From the IMG/VR virus record IMGVR_UViG_3300045999_007835: a stretch of DNA of 64,000 nt. One strand, 5' to 3'. The notes below the pieces were generated by a model. The model was not told the origin of the DNA. It did not search any database and worked only from the letters and a program-made list of their open reading frames with translations. The position numbers were made by a program, and so were the translations under genes. The DNA comes from an uncultured virus (IMG/VR IMGVR_UViG_3300045999_007835). Lineage: Duplodnaviria; Heunggongvirae; Uroviricota; Caudoviricetes. Shown piece after piece: positions 60,742 to 64,000 of this stretch; positions within the stretch are counted from its first letter, which is position 1, and every line of letters starts with the position of its first letter.

Positions 60742-63060
60742 TTACGCTCTCGGTTTGTTGGCTTGAGCCACTACCTTCAGGGCTTCCAGCTTGAGTTTTT
60801 CTTGATCAATCGCGACGTCCGCCTGATCCTTTTGGGCCTTGCGCTGTACGTCCTGCATCTTGACCTGCAGCTCTTGCTGTTGGAGCTGGAACAGCGGGTC
60901 TTGCGCTTGCTGCTGCGCTTGCTGTTGTGCGGCCTGCGTCTGATGGATCTGCGTGAGCTGCTTGCCAGCGTCTGCCACGAGACGCGAGAGTTGAAGCTCG
61001 ATCTCCTCCGGCATCTCTTCGTTGGGCGCAGGCAGCGGCGCACCAAGGCGCTCTTCGATCTGCTTGCGATACATGAACCCAAGGTGCTCTGCGATGTGAG
61101 CTTGCAGACCCGCCATGATCTGCTGCGCCTGTGGGTTCTGCCCGATGGATTGCAAAATCATCGGATCCTGCATGAACGACTGATGCGCAGTCAGATGCGC
61201 CTCGTGGTCCTGATACATAAACGCCTTCATGGGCTTGCCAACCAACGCACCCATGTTCTCGCTGATCGGATCCCGAGGCTTCTGGTCTTCTGCCAGCGGC
61301 ACGATCTTGTCGCCGTTCTTAATGCCAAGCACCTCGATCATCTGGCGGTGCAGATACGGCAGATCGTAGATCTGCGGAGCAGTCTGCGCCATTTGGAACG
61401 CGGCTTGGTACTGCACCACTCGCTGCGCCATCGTGGTCGCGTTGGGGTCCGACACAGGGATGACATCTACCTGCGCGTAGTCTTCGCTTCGCGCCCTGCG
61501 GTCCACACCCTCGGGGATGTAGTCATACGGCTCATCGGCATACTCAGCGATGAGCGCCTTCAGAAGCTTGAACTCCTGCTTCATAGCGAAGTGCACGCGA
61601 GCCTGCACCGCAGCCATCGGCTTCAGCACGCGCTCGAGGATAGCCAGCGTCGTCCCTACAGGCGCGTTTGCGCTCATGTCCGAGACGTTCATATCGCTGA
61701 TGGCCCCGAGCCTGCGGCCTTCGCTTGTGATCTTCTCGAGGAGCCCAGCCAGCACTTGGCTTGGCTCCTTATACGGCAGGATGAAGAAGTTATCCTTCAG
61801 CGCCCCACTGGGCACGTCCACATCACGCCACTCACCCGGCGCAATCGGCGTATCGTCGCCCTTCACTCGCAGCCCCCGAGCCTTCAGACCCCCGGGCAGG
61901 TTGGACAGCGTACCGGCATCGACGAGCTGACGGATGAGCGATGTGCCTGCAATGGCGTAGCCACCGATGATGTGGATGAGGCCAAGCCCGTAGAAGCCAA
62001 ACCCCGGCACATACACGTAGTGTACGAAGTGATCGCGCTTAATGTCTTGATTGCCCGTGGGGTCGTAGTTGCGACGGATGGAGAGCACGTTGGATGTGCC
62101 CTTGTCGATGGTGATGATGTACGGGCGCGGCATCCCTTCTTCGTCGTCAAACCCCGGCAGGCAGTAGTCGACCTGCATCTCGTAGATCGCATAGCGGTCA
62201 TCCGACTGGAGGGTATAGCCACCCTCTTCCGCCTTCCGCTTCTCGATGTCCGTGAAGAAACTCACCGGCTCACCAAGATCGATGTCGCGGTAGAACCCAG
62301 CCAACTGCAGGCGCTTCAGTTCGTTCTTCGTCTTACGCATGATGTGCGTAACGCGCTCAGCGGTCTGGATGTTTGACGCCCCATAGGGCACGATCACATC
62401 TTCGGCTGGCAGGTACATCGACACCTGCCGCTTGAGTTGCACGTCGTAGTAGACCTTCTTGAACGCGGAGCCGGCAAGGCCAAGGCTGTAGAGCATGCGC
62501 TCATGCTCACTGCGGTACTCCACCATTCGCTCGGTCAACTGGTAGTTCATATCCGCACGCACGCGCTCAGCGGCTTCTAGCTTCTGCGGGGTGACGGCAC
62601 CGAGGATCTTGGTCTTCACCGGGCCCGACGCAGGGAACGTCTCACTCATGGTCTCCGCTTGGAAGCGGATGGCGGCCTCGAGCAAAATCGTCGAGAACAC
62701 ACCGCAGGCACCGTCCCAAGGCTCTGTCCGGTCCTCATACTTGAGGCCCAGCACCTCGATACCCTTCACATACATATCGGACCATTCTTTGCGTGCCGAC
62801 ACGTCTGCATCCACCAGCCCTAGCAGCTCTGAGGCTAGCGACGACAGCTCGCCCTCATCCATGCGCTCAGCAAGGTTCTCGTCAAACTCACCCTCATCAC
62901 TGAGGGCTTCCTCAGGCACTAGCGTGATCTCCATGCTGCCATCGGCCAGCGTCACGCTCTCCGGGTTCACAACCTCGATCTCGAGGCCCGGATCAGCTTC
63001 TAACGACTCAAGCCCCGTAGGGGCCGCATACAGACCTTTATCAATCAAACTCGTTGCCAT
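60742..63060 (-). CDS. Portal protein
   Basis: 772 aa; FKKVYYD, PGFGFYG.G, LVDAGTLSNLP, Q-rich C-terminal barrel as in P22-like portals. Confidence 0.9.
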   Translation of the reverse strand: MATSLIDKGLYAAPTGLESLEADPGLEIEVVNPESVTLADGSMEITLVPEEALSDEGEFDENLAERMDEGELSSLASELLGLVDADVSARKEWSDMYVKGIEVLGLKYEDRTEPWDGACGVFSTILLEAAIRFQAETMSETFPASGPVKTKILGAVTPQKLEAAERVRADMNYQLTERMVEYRSEHERMLYSLGLAGSAFKKVYYDVQLKRQVSMYLPAEDVIVPYGASNIQTAERVTHIMRKTKNELKRLQLAGFYRDIDLGEPVSFFTDIEKRKAEEGGYTLQSDDRYAIYEMQVDYCLPGFDDEEGMPRPYIITIDKGTSNVLSIRRNYDPTGNQDIKRDHFVHYVYVPGFGFYGLGLIHIIGGYAIAGTSLIRQLVDAGTLSNLPGGLKARGLRVKGDDTPIAPGEWRDVDVPSGALKDNFFILPYKEPSQVLAGLLEKITSEGRRLGAISDMNVSDMSANAPVGTTLAILERVLKPMAAVQARVHFAMKQEFKLLKALIAEYADEPYDYIPEGVDRRARSEDYAQVDVIPVSDPNATTMAQRVVQYQAAFQMAQTAPQIYDLPYLHRQMIEVLGIKNGDKIVPLAEDQKPRDPISENMGALVGKPMKAFMYQDHEAHLTAHQSFMQDPMILQSIGQNPQAQQIMAGLQAHIAEHLGFMYRKQIEERLGAPLPAPNEEMPEEIELQLSRLVADAGKQLTQIHQTQAAQQQAQQQAQDPLFQLQQQELQVKMQDVQRKAQKDQADVAIDQEKLKLEALKVVAQANKPRA

Positions 63061-63068
63061 GACGGCTC

Positions 63069-64000
63069 CTAATAGTAAGCCCCGCGTCGCGAGCGGGACA
63101 GCAGTTCGGGCTCTTCGTGATCAGTCTGCAGCTTGAGCAGGCCCCCCTTACGGATGCGGATCAAAGCCAGCGTGCACGCGTCAACATCGTCGTCGTGCTC
63201 CCCATTGGGGAACGCCAACAGTTCATCCACAACCTCAGAGGCCCACCACGTCTCGGGGAACCACACCTGACCACTGGTAAACATATCACTGATAGCGTTC
63301 ACCCGCGCAATCTTGTCTTGGCCTTTGCCCGGCGTGTAGTCCTGCACAAAGATCCCCGAGCGCCGCATCTCGTCAATCAGCGGTTGTCCTGAGGCTTTGG
63401 CCTCTACGATCGTCGTGTCGGGCGTCCACTCTTTGACCTGCTGCAGAGCCGTTCGCTTCAGTTCTGGGAACTCGTACTTACCTTTGATGCGGTTTAGCAG
63501 GATGACGTTGTCCACCCCGTCCTCGTTTTGCCACACGCCCCACGTCTGGCAGACGGAATAGTCCGACCGCTCGTTCGTAGTCAGCGCCGTATCCCAAGCC
63601 TGCACGGTGTAGTCAACTTCCGGGGGGTCTTCCTTGGGCCACCACTTAATCTGGTCACGCTTGATGATGGCCGCCTCTTGGGCGGTCGGCTGCTGTTGGT
63701 ACTGTGCGTTCCATTGCCACGCCGGCATCGACGCCTTCGTGCGGAGCAAGTGCTCCAGACTCCACTGCTCAGGCCACAGCGACTTTTGCAGCTCCGAGGC
63801 CGAATCCTGCACCTCTGGGTCGTAGTCTGGGTTGGCGTACGTCAGGATGGCGGGGAATTCAAAGACTTCGTATTGGTCGGCGTCTGGATTGAGGGTGGCG
63901 TCTTTAATCAGCCGGCCAATCAAATCCCGCTGGTGCCAGCGTGTGTGCAGGATGGCAATCTTGCCACCGGGCATCAAGCGAGTCCGCAGCCCCGCGCGGA
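63069..64000 (-). CDS. terL: Terminase large subunit (C-terminal part; start outside the window)
   Basis: TRWH..DL, QYQQ.P, WDTA, DYS, EAKASG, FPNG.HDD.VD. Confidence 0.93.
   Translation of the reverse strand, partial: RAGLRTRLMPGGKIAILHTRWHQRDLIGRLIKDATLNPDADQYEVFEFPAILTYANPDYDPEVQDSASELQKSLWPEQWSLEHLLRTKASMPAWQWNAQYQQQPTAQEAAIIKRDQIKWWPKEDPPEVDYTVQAWDTALTTNERSDYSVCQTWGVWQNEDGVDNVILLNRIKGKYEFPELKRTALQQVKEWTPDTTIVEAKASGQPLIDEMRRSGIFVQDYTPGKGQDKIARVNAISDMFTSGQVWFPETWWASEVVDELLAFPNGEHDDDVDACTLALIRIRKGGLLKLQTDHEEPELLSRSRRGAYY

Overview
The window is most of the genome of a tailed dsDNA phage (Caudoviricetes, podovirus-like), and no host DNA is recognisable. It has two convergent arms. The + arm (about 0.7-21.4 kb) carries early accessory genes (Gp88-like protein, small ORFs, AAA ATPase, metallopeptidase/VWA protein, DUF3150-like protein), then DUF3310, VRR-NUC, family A DNA polymerase, PD-(D/E)XK exonuclease, HNH, SNF2 helicase, a putative SSB, an HTH protein and a primase-helicase. 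The - arm (64 kb down to 21.4 kb) carries terminase (truncated by the window edge), portal, GroES, scaffold, Mu gpT-like major capsid, a free-standing GIY-YIG endonuclease, a cluster of small basic proteins, tail adaptors, two tail fibres, holin and lysozyme, a P22 gp10-like protein, putative ejection proteins and a 2411-aa polyvalent protein. I saw no integrase, RNA polymerase, tRNA, CRISPR array or reverse transcriptase, and there are several near-consensus sigma70 promoters. The most interesting observation is in the 2411-aa protein, which carries a GHKL ATPase plus HExxH peptidase module and two RBS-equipped genes nested in the +1 frame of its disordered linkers; this may be an effector with nested partner or antidote genes. 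Other highlights are a recurring aromatic/Met-x-x-GG motif in virion proteins, a palindromic operator repeated before early genes, several structured RNA candidates and modular gene cassettes. All family names come from motif recognition by eye, with no database search.
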